From: Gnetum montanum
Lineage: Eukaryota > Plantae > Gnetophyta
Length of the DNA stretch: 64,000 bases
Assembly (NCBI GenBank): GCA_015680685.1
Contig: MNCI01002363.1
Location: forward strand, 758,307-822,306
Reading direction: 5' to 3'
Below are positions 1-12,250 of this stretch, piece after piece. A program made the position numbers and the translations under genes. Under the pieces are notes generated by a model. The model was not told where the DNA came from. It saw only the letters and a program-made list of their open reading frames with translations, and searched no databases. The first letter of the stretch is position 1; the number at the start of each line of letters is the position of its first letter.

Positions 1-1935
1 AACTATGAAAGATGTGAGTTCATTCCTTGGTCACACTGGTTATTATAGGCACTTCATTGAGAACTTCTTAACAATCTTCAAGCCATTGGTAGAGCTCACA
101 AAGAAGGATGCACCATTCATCTGGATTAAGAAATGTAAGCATGCATTCCAACACCTCAAGCAAAAGCTCATGGAAACTCCAATTCTACAAGCACCAAATT
201 AGTCCAGGTCATTTCATACATATCATGATGGATGCATTCAATTATGCCTTAGAAGTTATGCTTACAAAAATGGATGATTAGAAATATCGATATTACATCC
301 ACTATGTAAGCATAAGAATTGCGGAAGCATAACTCAATTACACCACCACTGAAAAAGAACTCATGGAAGTGGTGTATGCTTTAGAGAGATTTAGGCACTA
401 TGTGCCTAGATATAAAGTGTTTATGCACACTAACCATAGTGCTATCAGGTTCCTAATGAATAAGCCAATGGTGAACTCCCTATCATATGGTGGTTGGTGT
501 TCCTATAAGAGTTCAATCTAACAATAATGGATAGAAAGGGAACCAAGAACATGGTAGTTGATAACTTGTCTTGGTTACGATGGGATATCAAGGAGGAGGA
601 GAGCCCACTATCAAACCAGTTCGCTAATAAACTTCTCTTTTCTAGTGCTATTAATGAATAAGACCCCAAAGAGATCACTTAGTACAACAACATCCTCTTC
701 TATTTTCTCATATAAGAGATGCCACAAGGGTGGGACCATAGGAAGAAATAATAGTTTCTTCACTAGGCAAAACATTTCATTGAGAGCAATGGAACCTCTA
801 CAAGGTTTTCACAGATGGCCTAGTACAATGGTGTATCCCTAATGTAGATAAATTTTGAGTCCTCCAAGATGCACATAAAGGTTCTTGTGGGGGCCACTAT
901 GCTTGGAGGCAAACATCCATTAAGATACTCATGGTAAGATACTATTGGCCTACCATCTTTGGGGATGCCCACCAGTTCTGTCACTCCTATGACAAATCCC
1001 AATGTGATGGGAAGATGATTGCATGAATGGAAGGGCCTCAATAGTGAATCCAACCACTATAACCTTTCAATATTTTGAAAATTGACTTTATGGGGTACAC
1101 AACCCCATTTCCAATGAAAAGGCCTACATAATCATAGTTGTTGATTATTACATGAAATGGGCTAAAGCCGCTGCCATCATTGACTGTTCATCCTTTACGG
1201 TAGCTCAATTTGTACAAAAATATATTGTAAATAGGTTTGATGTCCCAAGGACACTTATTTCTAATAATGGAACACATTTCATGGATTCCACTTTTCATAA
1301 ACTCATGAAACGCTTGGGGCTTAAGCATAAATTAACAACTTCATACTACGTTCAAGCCAATGATCAAGCTAAGGTCACTAATAAGGAGATTACCAAAACA
1401 CTAACACATACCGTTAGTTAATATAGGAGGGACTGGAGCTCTAAACTTGATGATGCCCTTTAGGCTTATCTTTCAACATGGAAACGTTCTATCAGGAACT
1501 CTCCCTATGAGCTAATGTATAAAAAACTCCCAACACTCCCTATCCAAGCTAAACTCCATATACTCTCAATAGCCTATGACCTCAACTTGGACCTAAGTTT
1601 AGCACAAAAAGAATAATTGATGAACCTCAACATGCTAAATAAGAATCAATTAGTGGCACTATCATCAAATGAAGTGCACAAGGCATACAATAAATAACAT
1701 CATGACCTAGGGATTCAAAGGATAAAAATTCAACTAGGAGATAAGGTACTTTACTAAAATACCATGCATGTGCCTCTATGAACAAAGTTTCAAATGTTAT
1801 GGGAGGGCCCTTACATCATTTATGAAACCTTTTCATCTAGGGCCATGATGATCTACCATATTGACTACATGAATAAAAAACTTTTAATCAACACATAACA
1901 ATTAAAACATTTCCTAGAACCTAAGATAACCAGTG
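1..1935 (+). pseudogene. pol: Degenerate gypsy pol: RT thumb, RNase H, integrase
   Basis: SFLGHTGYYRHFIENF; NYTTTEKELMEVVYALERFRHY; integrase FDVPRTLISNNGTHF and SYYVQANDQAKVTNKEI; many stops and frameshifts. Confidence 0.92.
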
Positions 1936-1995
1936 AAATCAATGCCTCAATAGATGGATGTGCATGCTCAATTTTTTGTATCTACTTCTTCCAAC

Positions 1996-2010
1996 TTAGT
2001 CATGGGGGAG
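1996..2010 (+). promoter_or_regulatory. Internal copy of the PPT-like motif (ttagtcatggggg) just after pol
   Basis: Same motif as the one directly preceding the 3' LTR at 6991-7005. Confidence 0.65.
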
Positions 2011-3899
2011 ATGGCCATCCACACTAAAATTAAATAAGTGTCTTAGTTTTTAATTTTTTTGTTTTACACTATTCTTCATACGTTTTCATTTTCTTGAATA
2101 TTTTACACTTTTTTTCTATATATTTTACTTTATTTGGACTTTTCTTACATTTCTTCTTTTCCTTTTGTCATCATAACTTGGTATTAACTACAACTATTGA
2201 TTAATGGTGGTTTGTACCTTACATTATTTATTTGATTGCAAATGTTTGAATTTCATTTTAGAATTTTGGCATTAATTAATGAGACATTGATTCTTTTCAT
2301 GATATTAGGTAGTGAGTCCATGTCATCCACCACTCCACACAATCCTATGATATCTCGTTATTTTGGAAATATGAGGTCCCTTATTAAATAGCAACTTATA
2401 ATGAATTGATCACCTTAGTAATTTTAAAATTTGGGATGAATTAAGTGGATGAACAAGGGTGTGACTTCAAGGGGATTTGACACCTTTTGTACTTGCCTAT
2501 CATCTAGGGTTGCATGTGTATTTTCATGGACTTCTTATCATTCATACATTGATCAATACATAGGAAATAATGTCTTTTTATGGTGTGGTTCCCATTTAAA
2601 AAAAATAAAACACAAACAATGGGAATTCAAAGCATACCCCTTAGACAAAATAATGGGCTACAAGAACTAGTTATGGGGTTGGAAAGACATGTTACCCATG
2701 CCTAAAGGAACCCCTCTAACTAAGGTTCTTTTCATTTCCTACTTTTCTTTTCTTCTTGATTTGGAATGGTGAGTGGTCTATGGGGATGCTCTTGTACCTT
2801 GGAGGATGGAATGGTCTAAGATGTCAATGCAAAGTCATTGGAAGTGGATGGTTTTGATTTAGACTATGGATGGAAGCTATTAGATCATATTAACCACATC
2901 CTTCATAAGGGACTTCATGTGAATACAATGAGGAACTCCATTCTATTCTCTCTTTCCTTCACTTATTCTTTCCATGAACCACATCACTACCACTTCTCAT
3001 GATTGTTTCAATGTGTTATTTTTGAAATAGTTTAATTGTTTGATGGTTTCTTTGGTGATTTGGTTCTTAGCTCTCCATAACCATTAATCACCTATGGGAT
3101 CCATAGACTCCTTGAGTTGAGTACATGCAAGGGCATTTAGGGCATGAGCCTGCTATGAGAAGGACCCAATTGCATACTCCTTAGTTGGCATAGTTACATT
3201 CCTTATCCCTTAGGAATTTTTCTTTTAAAACTTCTAATTTTCACCTTGATTGCATCTAGTTTTTGCACTCCTTGACTAATAATCTCCAATTAAATCTTCT
3301 TCTTGAGCCTATTTCTAGCCCTCTTCGAGCATTTGATCTTATCCTAGGCTTTTCTAGCTTCTTATGCACTCTAATTTCATAAAAAAACTCCTTCTTTATA
3401 CTTAATTTTTAATGTTGAAAATTTTTGTTTTTTGGCTACGTCAATGCAGCCCAATGCATTGACACATCCCCATCGATGCAACACAAAAATAGTATATACA
3501 CATGTCAACACTTAGCATATTTTCACATTTGCTCACAAACGCCAAGGGAGTTTTGGTAGTTTTAAGAGCCCAAAGCCTTCCAAAGCCCGTATCTTCCTAA
3601 CTGCTTATCTAAATCACTCTGTTCTTTGATCCTATAGCTACTAGAGGTGAGCTTTACATCATGGGGCCAAAAACCATAGATTTTTGATAGAAATTTTTTT
3701 CAAATTTTTCTAACTCCCATAAGGTTTAACTAATAAAAAAAGATTAAAAATCATTAACTCATGAAAGTTAAAATTTACCAATAAACTCAAGTAGTTATTC
3801 AAATAAAATAATATTAAAATAATTAATTTGACATAATCACAACTTGACTAAGTGTAACTAGCCAAAGGAGTCAAGGTATCAAAGTGTTTTAAGCTACAC

Positions 3900-6760
3900 A
3901 TCAAATGCTAATCCTTGGTTATGTTGTGATTATAGATAGCATCAAAATCCAAAAGACTATAAGAGAGAGGACCATCCCAACCAAGAGATAAGCAACCAAG
4001 AGGGGGAAGGGACTAGTAGTTGTAGCAACCCCAAGAAAAAGTAGTCAAAACACATGTTATGGGACCTCTTCGGGAGGAACCTGAAGTGGAATGTGTTCAT
4101 GAGATTTCCACAGCTAAAACCAGTCAACCACATCAAGATGAGATGCCTAGGCCTAAACTGAACTTAGAAGTCACCTTAACTGAATCTTGCCTTAGACAAA
4201 TTCATTTCAAAGAAGTCTAAACTGTGGTTCTCCAAGAACTTAACTTTGGTCCCTTCTTGAACCTGGCATCATAAGAGGTAAAAACACAATTGCAAACCTC
4301 TTCCATGTCGCCTATCCTCACATCTAGTGGGGAGTGGTAAATGAGATAGATGTACCTCTTCTGGAAGAATAGGTAGGTAGATGCAATAGTTAAAATAAAG
4401 GACATTCTTAGTGAAGGCTATAGCAAGGACCCTTAGGTTACTTGATACTAGGGTAACCTTGGTAGAATTTTCAATGTAGGTGGACCTAGAAGTTAAGAAG
4501 GAATGTGTCCAACGATGCTATGGAGTGGACTATAAGAATTATGGTGTACTTACTAATGCAAAGATGGCCTATTTCAAAATTGCAACCTATCACTTGAACC
4601 CTACAATGAGGCCAAGTAAAATCATTGCTTTCATTGCTCAAGCATGTGTATGCTAAGCAAAAAGTTCCCAGCCAACCTCTCATAGCTCATATTTGTGGAG
4701 ATCAAGAAAAGATTCAAAGAGAATGAGCATGGGAGGAAGACACTCTGCTTTCCTTGCCTCATCAAAAAATTGTGCAAAAGGAAATGGATAGCTCATTATG
4801 TGAATGATATACTTCATCATGCTCCTATCGCATCTTGGTAGGAGATGATGAAGGACAAAGAACCCACCAAGATATAAGAAGAGGAGTGGCCATTACCATC
4901 ACCACTTGCTCAAGAAACAATGTTGGAGGCTCGTGCTATGGTTGAACACATGAAAAGACTCCATGAGTAACTCTTGCAGCAACAATATAAAGGACCAAGT
5001 GATGCAGAATTGTTAGTCTACCAATAAGCTTGAAGCCATTTGAATGAAGCTACTTGGATGATAAGCTGGTTGGAAGAGACTACACTATTATTCTCTGCAA
5101 AAAGGATGTAAGTGCCTATGAGCTCAAATCCAAGTGCTCAGGAAATGATAGTTTTCATCCCAAGGGAACAAAAATTTTCAAAGATCTATAGGAATGCCTC
5201 CACTTTCTCAGTGCACCTAGAGAAGGACAAGGGAGAAACTATCTTCATGATGTAGCATCATGACTAGGAGACAATAGTAGAGGTGGTGGCTAATCACATA
5301 ATAGAGGTATGAAATGCTCCTATGGTCACGGTGCTAGACATTGCTACACTTAGAGACATGCAGACAACCACAAGAGTAAGTGGAAGGCTAAGTGGAGCTT
5401 AACACGATGAGGTGTTGGACCAACTAGTGGAAACCAAGCAACTGCTTTCATAGATCTTTGATCTCTTGACAAACATCACTACTACCCAGCTAGAGTTGCT
5501 AAAAGTGAAGGGAAAGCTCATCATTGCCAATGCCCAACTCAATGCAACCAAATACAAAAATTGACAGTTGGTTGCTAAGGTTGCAAAATTGAGAGTCTAC
5601 TTAGTTGATCCCATTGTTCTTAGCTAAGTAGTTATAAGGGACAAAGATTTCCTATGGCTTCAACATAGGTTAAAAGAGGAAAAGAATGCAATGAAGGCCA
5701 TAGTCTTTGATGCATCCTTATCAGAGGCCTTTCCCTACAAAACTAAGAAGGACCTATCACAAGTCTACAAGAAGAACCTAGCTCTAACCAAGGAAAATTA
5801 CTGCTTGCATAATGTTGAGGCACAAAAAGATCAAATTGTGTAATTTTTTTGATATCAATAAGAGTATCTTGTTAAGGTGAACATGGATTTGAAGAGGTTG
5901 GCTACTGAAAATCAAAATCTCTTGATGGAGGAAGTCCATGCACTTCACTAGAAAATGGCTATTGAGATAGCTACCTAGAAGAATGAGGCTCTAAAGTTTG
6001 AAGAAGTCAAGAATCACTATAGGAACCAAACTAGGATTCTCAAGGAAGTTAATGAAAAAGAAATACAAGTAGCCAAGGCAAAGATGAATGAGATTCTATA
6101 GCAACTCCTACAAAGAGGTGATGTGTGGCAACCCATATTTGATAGATCAGATGCCTACAAGAAAGTTAAATTCCACCTAAAGGAGTTGCAAATTGAGGAG
6201 ATGATGGAATATATGGAGTTAGCCAACCTCTTATATATAAACTTGGCAATGATGACTACCAAAAGGCCATGGTCAAATCTAGAGAAATAAGTGGCTAGTT
6301 CATACCTCTTGTATGAGGTAGAGTTCAAGCACCATAAGGACATGAAGAAAAAGTTTATGCCAAGCTTGAAGTTCTTAGAACTCAATTCATGGATTAATGA
6401 TTAGTTGCTGAGAACCTAGCCAAACAATGAATGATTACTAATAATTGTAGAACCTTGTTAGAACATTTGATTAAATGTAAATAATTCATAATGTAGTTTG
6501 TAAATGTCAAGGAATTATTTTTGGCCATGCCCTATCCATGGGATGTTCCTGTACTAGCTCACATCAGTGATGTAGCATGGATTTTGTATGATCCATAGAG
6601 TAAGGAGGCGAAGATGAAAGCATTGCTAGATGCTTTTTGTCTTTTGCCAGAAGTGGCTGATACAATAGAATAGCCATAATTTTCTTAGCCTTAACTACCA
6701 CCACCATGTGCATCAAAAGCTAGAGAAGATCTATCAACACCTTAGGAGCCTCCACCTCTT
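3900..6760 (+). pseudogene. Degenerate extra (env-like/Athila ORF2-type) ORF with a long coiled-coil-like C-terminal region
   Basis: Purine-rich coding-like sequence between pol and the PPT; translated piece KRFKENEHGRKTLCFPCLIKKLCKR (~4710-4780) resembles the LxFPxLIxxLC motif of Athila env-like proteins; E/K/L-rich downstream. Confidence 0.6.
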
Positions 6761-6990
6761 GGCACTATTTGATCATCTCTTCATCTTCGCTAGTCAGAAG
6801 AATCCAACTATTCAGTTTTTATATTCAATTTTGTTTTCATGAATACCCAATTTTGTAATTGATGTCATTCCATACAATCGAACACTTAGCATTAGTCATT
6901 GAGTTAGTCAATTAGTCTATGGTTTCATACCTTCCCAAATTTTTTAAGAAGCTTGATCATCCTTTTGCTCACTTGAGGATGAGTTTTTAG

Positions 6991-7005
6991 TTAGTCATGG
7001 GGGTA
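6991..7005 (+). promoter_or_regulatory. Polypurine-tract position of element A
   Basis: ttagtcatgggggta directly before the TG of the LTR. Confidence 0.75.
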
Positions 7006-7861
7006 TGCTGAATCTTCATCATTGGGCTACATCAATGCATTTCCCTTGGTGCATCCCTGTTGATGTATCCTCGTCAATGTATGGAAAGACGCATTGATGC
7101 ATATGTGTTGACGTAGGGCCTATGTCTACTTATATAAATGCATGTACCCACAACATTTATGACATCATAGAGTTAATAGCTTAGCTCACTTCTTGAAGTT
7201 TCTTTCCATGGAAATTAGAATATTTTCTAAGTACCCATAGTAGGACTCAAGGATTGTACTAATCATTATTCGCACACAAATGTACCTAGACACTTTGGTA
7301 TGCTGGTAATAAAGATGAAATTATTGAAACTCCTTGCAACACTTGGAAATAGCTTAATGTTTACTTGAATGCAATTTATGATTCATGCACTTTACTTTCA
7401 TGTTTCTAATTAATTACATATGTTTCATTAATATGCATAAGTACAACTACCTCGAGCATAACGTTAATGGTTGGTAATCCCAACACTACTAGCACTTGGT
7501 AACCCAATAGTGTTGTAGTGAGTTCAAGATGAGTATGGAAGGTGACATCAACTACTTATGTTAGGAAATAGGTTTGAACATTAGTTAATCACTTAGATTA
7601 ATTCGTAATCATATTACTTTCATTTACACTTAGGCTAAACTAGATAAAAATATGACATTATATAAATCATGTGCCTTGGCTACACTTAACCATACACTTG
7701 TACCAACACATGTGGAGCCAAGAAGACAACAATTACATCCTTAAACTCACTACCTTGGTTATTGTGCATTTAGAAAGCCAGAGTCCATGAAATTCAACCG
7801 GATCACTAGTGAGAACTTTTGATTCTTATGGTTGGGCATAGGATCTACTCACCACTCAGCA
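7006..7861 (+). repeat. 3' LTR of element A (~856 bp)
   Basis: TGCTGA...TCAGCA inverted termini, TATA-like tatataaat at 7131, ttggtaatccc/ttggtaaccc motifs shared with other LTRs in the window. Confidence 0.85.
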
Positions 7862-8302
7862 AGCATAGTTCTCTACAAGGGAGATCTTCTTTTTAATTTT
7901 GGCTATAGTTTTTTTTATTTGATTCTTTCTTCATTCTAATTATACTAACAAGTTATAGTCAATCTTTAGTGAGAAGTGAATTTCCAAAAGAATGCTTTTT
8001 TCTTTTGTTATTGACTTGATTGTAAGGATGAAATCTTGTGTAGGCATTTCCAAATTTGTTGAGTATTTTATTTCTTGTTATTTTTATCTATTCTATCAAT
8101 GTTATTTGTGTAATTTTTACCCTTTCTATCTAGTTTGTCAGATGTTACATATAAATTTGATACTCTATTTTGATTAATAAAACTTTTCCTTGGGGTCTGA
8201 TATCGCTCCTTAAGAAAGAATATTTTTATAATTTTTAATAATTTTAATATTTTCTCATCATTTATGATATATAATTATTAGAGCATAAATAATATCTTAA
8301 CA

Positions 8303-8600
8303 CGTCTCAAAGTTGAAACTAGTAAATGGATCAAAATTCCTCCTGAAGAATGAATATGCCAACTATGCAATTCAAATAGTATTGAAGATGAATACCACAT
8401 TTTCCTATGATGTCCTACATTGAGGAACATTAGACATAGATGGAATATAAAAATTTAAAATTGGATTAATTTTTTTAAAATGTTACTAAGAATACTAGGT
8501 AACTGTATTAATGATATTTTCAAAACTTATAACATGCATATTTCTATTGTCTAATAGATCCAAAGGGTTTGTTAATGTAATAAAATTATAAATTCAATAA
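8303..8600 (+). mobile_element. 5'-truncated non-LTR retrotransposon (LINE) 3' end encoding a C-terminal CCHC zinc finger
   Basis: Manual translation RLKVETSKWIKIPPEE*ICQLCNSNSIEDEYHIFL*CPTLRNIR; both stops are TGA, compatible with CGA decay; followed by an A-rich tail region. Confidence 0.75.
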
Positions 8601-9019
8601 ATAATAGGTTAAATTATGTTGCAATTTCTTACAAGATAGGAATAACATGGAATTAAACATACACTTATACATGATTGTTTTAATCCTTTATAAGATAGGT
8701 GCAACATTATCATACGAAAGTAAATAAAGACTTCTCAATCATATTCTCAATGGTCTAATATCATTACATTCAAACATATTCTCCTTGAGTAAGGTTGAAT
8801 CATCACAAAGCTTTACATACTTAAATAATGAATTAACATCTTAATAAATATTTAATTTATTAATTTATCATTCACTTCATACTTTTAAAATTTTTTATAT
8901 TTACATAAATATGCATGCTTAGAAAAGAAAGGGAAATCAAGAGCTTTATTCATTGCACAGTCACTCAACTCTATATCAACAAAATAATTATGGGATGTGA
9001 AAGCATGATAATACTTTGA

Positions 9020-10240
9020 CATAGTCTTAGGGATAGGTTCAACACCAAGTTTGAGAGAAATCTCAAAATCAATATCATGCCTTGAAGGCAAACTAGATAA
9101 CTCCAAATGAAAGACATTAGGAAATTCATAAACAACAGGAATCTGATTGGTTTCTAGCAAAGAAGAGGCCTCATTGATTGAAACTATGATATAGGAATTG
9201 CCTCTTCACAACAAGTAGCGAAAAGACCTTGAAGAGACAAGAGCCAACATAACCCTACATGGTCTCATATGCATGATTGATTGAGCATCATCAATTGTCA
9301 TCAAGGAAAGTATCTTATGATAGCAATCTAATTTGTCCTAATGGTGAGACAACTAGTCCATTCCCAAGATGACATCATAATCCCCTAAACTCATGAAAGT
9401 AATATCTTTAAACTAGGAGACTTGCTAAATCATCAAGGTTATAGATTTGTAAACTTGATCCATAACAAGTACACTACAACCAATGGTACTAAAGGCAAGA
9501 CCTTGGATAAGATATTGGCTTTTAAAATCCAAACATCTAAATATTCATGGATCAAACAAAGGAATGAATAGTACTAGAATCAATGAGAATCAAAACTATG
9601 AAATATGAAATTGTACCTCTAAACTTCCTTGTAGTGTTAGACTAAGCATCAATTAAATAGTTAATCAAGGCATACACATGTGCATGTATTCTAGGACCAC
9701 TCTAATTATCTGTAGGTTTATCACCTTGCTGAGAATATCCAATGCTTGAATGATTTGGATAGTTGAAACTCTTATGACTTAGTTGGCCATAGTTACAGGA
9801 GTTGGGATAATCCTTGCAAATGTGCCTAATAATCCCACAAGCATGGTAAGTAATGGGTTCACAAGTGGTCCCACCACCTAAAAACTACTATTTTAGTTAC
9901 TACTTCTACTACCTACTAGATCTGAAACCTCAAGCCTACTTCAACTCATCAAACTTCCTAGAGGATACTTAATCCTCTTTTGAGAATGGTCATGATGTGT
10001 TACCTTAGCCAACTAACTACTTTCCAAGTCCATCACATCAACATGTGCCTTCTTGTAGATCTAAAATGTTAGGTCTACTTGGACTCATCAAACTTCCTGG
10101 AAGATATTTATACCCTTTTTTGAGAATGGTCATGATGTGTCACCTTGGCCAACTAACTACTTTCCAAGTGCATCATATGAACATGTGCCTCCTCATATGT
10201 CTAAGGAAGAAGAGGGAGTAAGTGATCCTTGATAAATGCA
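9020..10240 (-). pseudogene. Chromovirus (Tekay/Del-like) gypsy fragment: gag zinc knuckles, protease, start of the RT linker
   Basis: IPVVYEFPNVFHLELSSLPSRHDIDFEISLKLGVEPI; DYDVILGMD*LSHH; two decayed CCHC knuckles at ~9760-9850. Confidence 0.8.
9944..10204. repeat. Tandem duplication of ~120 bp (period ~139 bp)
   Basis: actcatcaaacttcct...gagaatggtcatgatgtg...ccaactaactactttccaagt at 9944 and 10083. Confidence 0.9.
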
Positions 10241-10492
10241 TAAAGACCATAGAAAAAATGGTTCACTCTATTCCTCTCATTAGAATGCATGTGAGGCACA
10301 TACATAGTTAACTTTAAAAACATATAGCCATACTCAATCATGGTTTAATTATCCTAGTAGAAAAGATAAAACTCATCTATCTTTATCTTCCTATATTACA
10401 ATGGAATATAATCCATGTGATACCTCACATATTTTAAGAAGATAAAATATTGAAAGAAATAATTACATTTAATTGTATGGAATAATGGAAGA

Positions 10493-11417
10493 TAATGAGT
10501 GAGAAAGTATACCATTTGCTTAATCATACGAGTTACAAGTGCAATGTTCATAATCCATGGATGATTATTGATATTATAGCTTCAAAAGTTATGCATTAAA
10601 GCATTGATCATTGTCTTCCCGCATGGATTATACATGGCTCAAATGTGTATGATTTATTCAATAGTAAGGCACATGATTATGATGTTGTAATGGCTATGGG
10701 ATAAGAAATAAACAATAAGAATAAATCCTAATTTAGCCTAATGTGATGAGTATCTATTCCCAATTTGTTGTATACGTTCTAGACTAGTGTAGTCATTGGG
10801 ATTACCAAGCAGTATGATGCTAAGCATACCATGTGAGATTGCTATTAGGTTACCAAGTGGTTATACATTACATTCAAAACTATCTTTATTTATTTTTCCA
10901 AATTACTATTAAGCATGAAAATCAATCATTAAGTTAAGAATATTGGAATATAAAGGAGATATGAAAGTATAGGTTAGAAAGTAAAATCTATTCTAAGTAA
11001 AAATGTTGTACTAGTAAGAAAAAATATTGATCTTTATTATTAGTTATATAAAGTATTTAAGTATAATGCACTCAAGTAAAGACACTGTGCAACTACTTTG
11101 AACTATACCATGGATACTTGCTAACTATTATGAAAATCATAAAATAAAATTACAAGAGTCTAGCTACACTATGATCAAAATGTACCATAAATGTAGTAGG
11201 GGAACCAAATTTATAGGAATTTATTATAATTATGACATCATATCTATGATATAGCATCCTAGCATATGATATTGTAACTATGATATAAAAAATACAAAAT
11301 CATAGTTGACTAATATAATTTTCATTAATTCTAGGATAAGGGCTACACTGATATTTCCCTAATGAAATAATACCTTAGTGTTAAGATTTTGGAAATAGGA
11401 CATATGATGCTTCATCA
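10493..11417 (-). repeat. 3' LTR of a minus-strand Athila-like element (element E)
   Basis: The reverse complement begins tgatgaagc like LTR 38470, contains cttggtaacc/cttggtaatccc, and ends ctcatta (from ctcatca). Confidence 0.75.
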
Positions 11418-12250
11418 TACTTGTACTATTCACCAAAAACTCATTCTTAATTTGTACAAAATGGATGAAGATCTATGCTAGATTGACTGACATTCCAATA
11501 TTTGAGTATTACATTACATAATTATTCAAGTGGATGTATTATAAAATAATAATAAAAAGACTAGAAAGCCTTAAAAAATCTTAGAAGACTTAGAAAATAT
11601 ATAGATGAGGAGCCTTCACATTGTTCATAGTTGTGGTGATTTTTTTTTACATTGGTTGCTTTGTTCGCACCATCCCTTTTATGTAAAACTTCTGAATCTC
11701 TAAGCAGTGAACATGTGATGTTTAAGCTCTAGTTCTTGTATTCACTAATTTCCCATAGTCATGTACTCCTCTTAGCCACTTCTCCTTTTTCTAGCTTCTT
11801 CTCTCTACCATGCGAAAGTCCACTAACCTTTGGAACTTATTTAGGTGCCATATGTAATCACTAAAGGATTTATATTAGTTTTTCATAACTTTTACTTAGA
11901 GTTCCAATCCTTTATTAGATTAAAATTTGAAAATTTTATTGTTAATGACTTAAGATAATTGGAATCATTAATTTTTAAGTCAATTTTGATTATTTTTATA
12001 GTTAGTTACCTTAAAGTTAAAAAATGGGGTGTTAGAAAAAAATTCAAAAGTGACATCCTTAAGATCCCCATAATGAAAAATTCAACTTTGGTAGCTCATA
12101 TATTTTCAAATAAATAAAATCAAAGGTTTGATTCAAAAGATATTGTAAATGTACAAGAACATTAAAAAGTATGAGGATTGAATATTTTAGATTCTAAAAT
12201 GATCAAGAAATAAGGAATTTGAAGAAAATTTTAGCATAAAAGCATTAAAA
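11418..12250 (-). mobile_element. 3' internal fragment of element E (decayed PPT, short ORF remnant, pre-env region)
   Basis: Reverse complement of 11418-11470 matches the pre-PPT sequence 6955-7005; reverse complement of ~11980-12100 matches 3637-3760. Confidence 0.65.

Larger units (their letters stand above)
1..7861 (+). mobile_element. Athila-like Ty3/gypsy LTR retrotransposon, 3' part (element A), runs off the left edge
   Basis: Order: RT end/RNase H/integrase, long non-coding region, env-like ORF, PPT, then an LTR with TGCTGA...TCAGCA termini. Confidence 0.85.
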
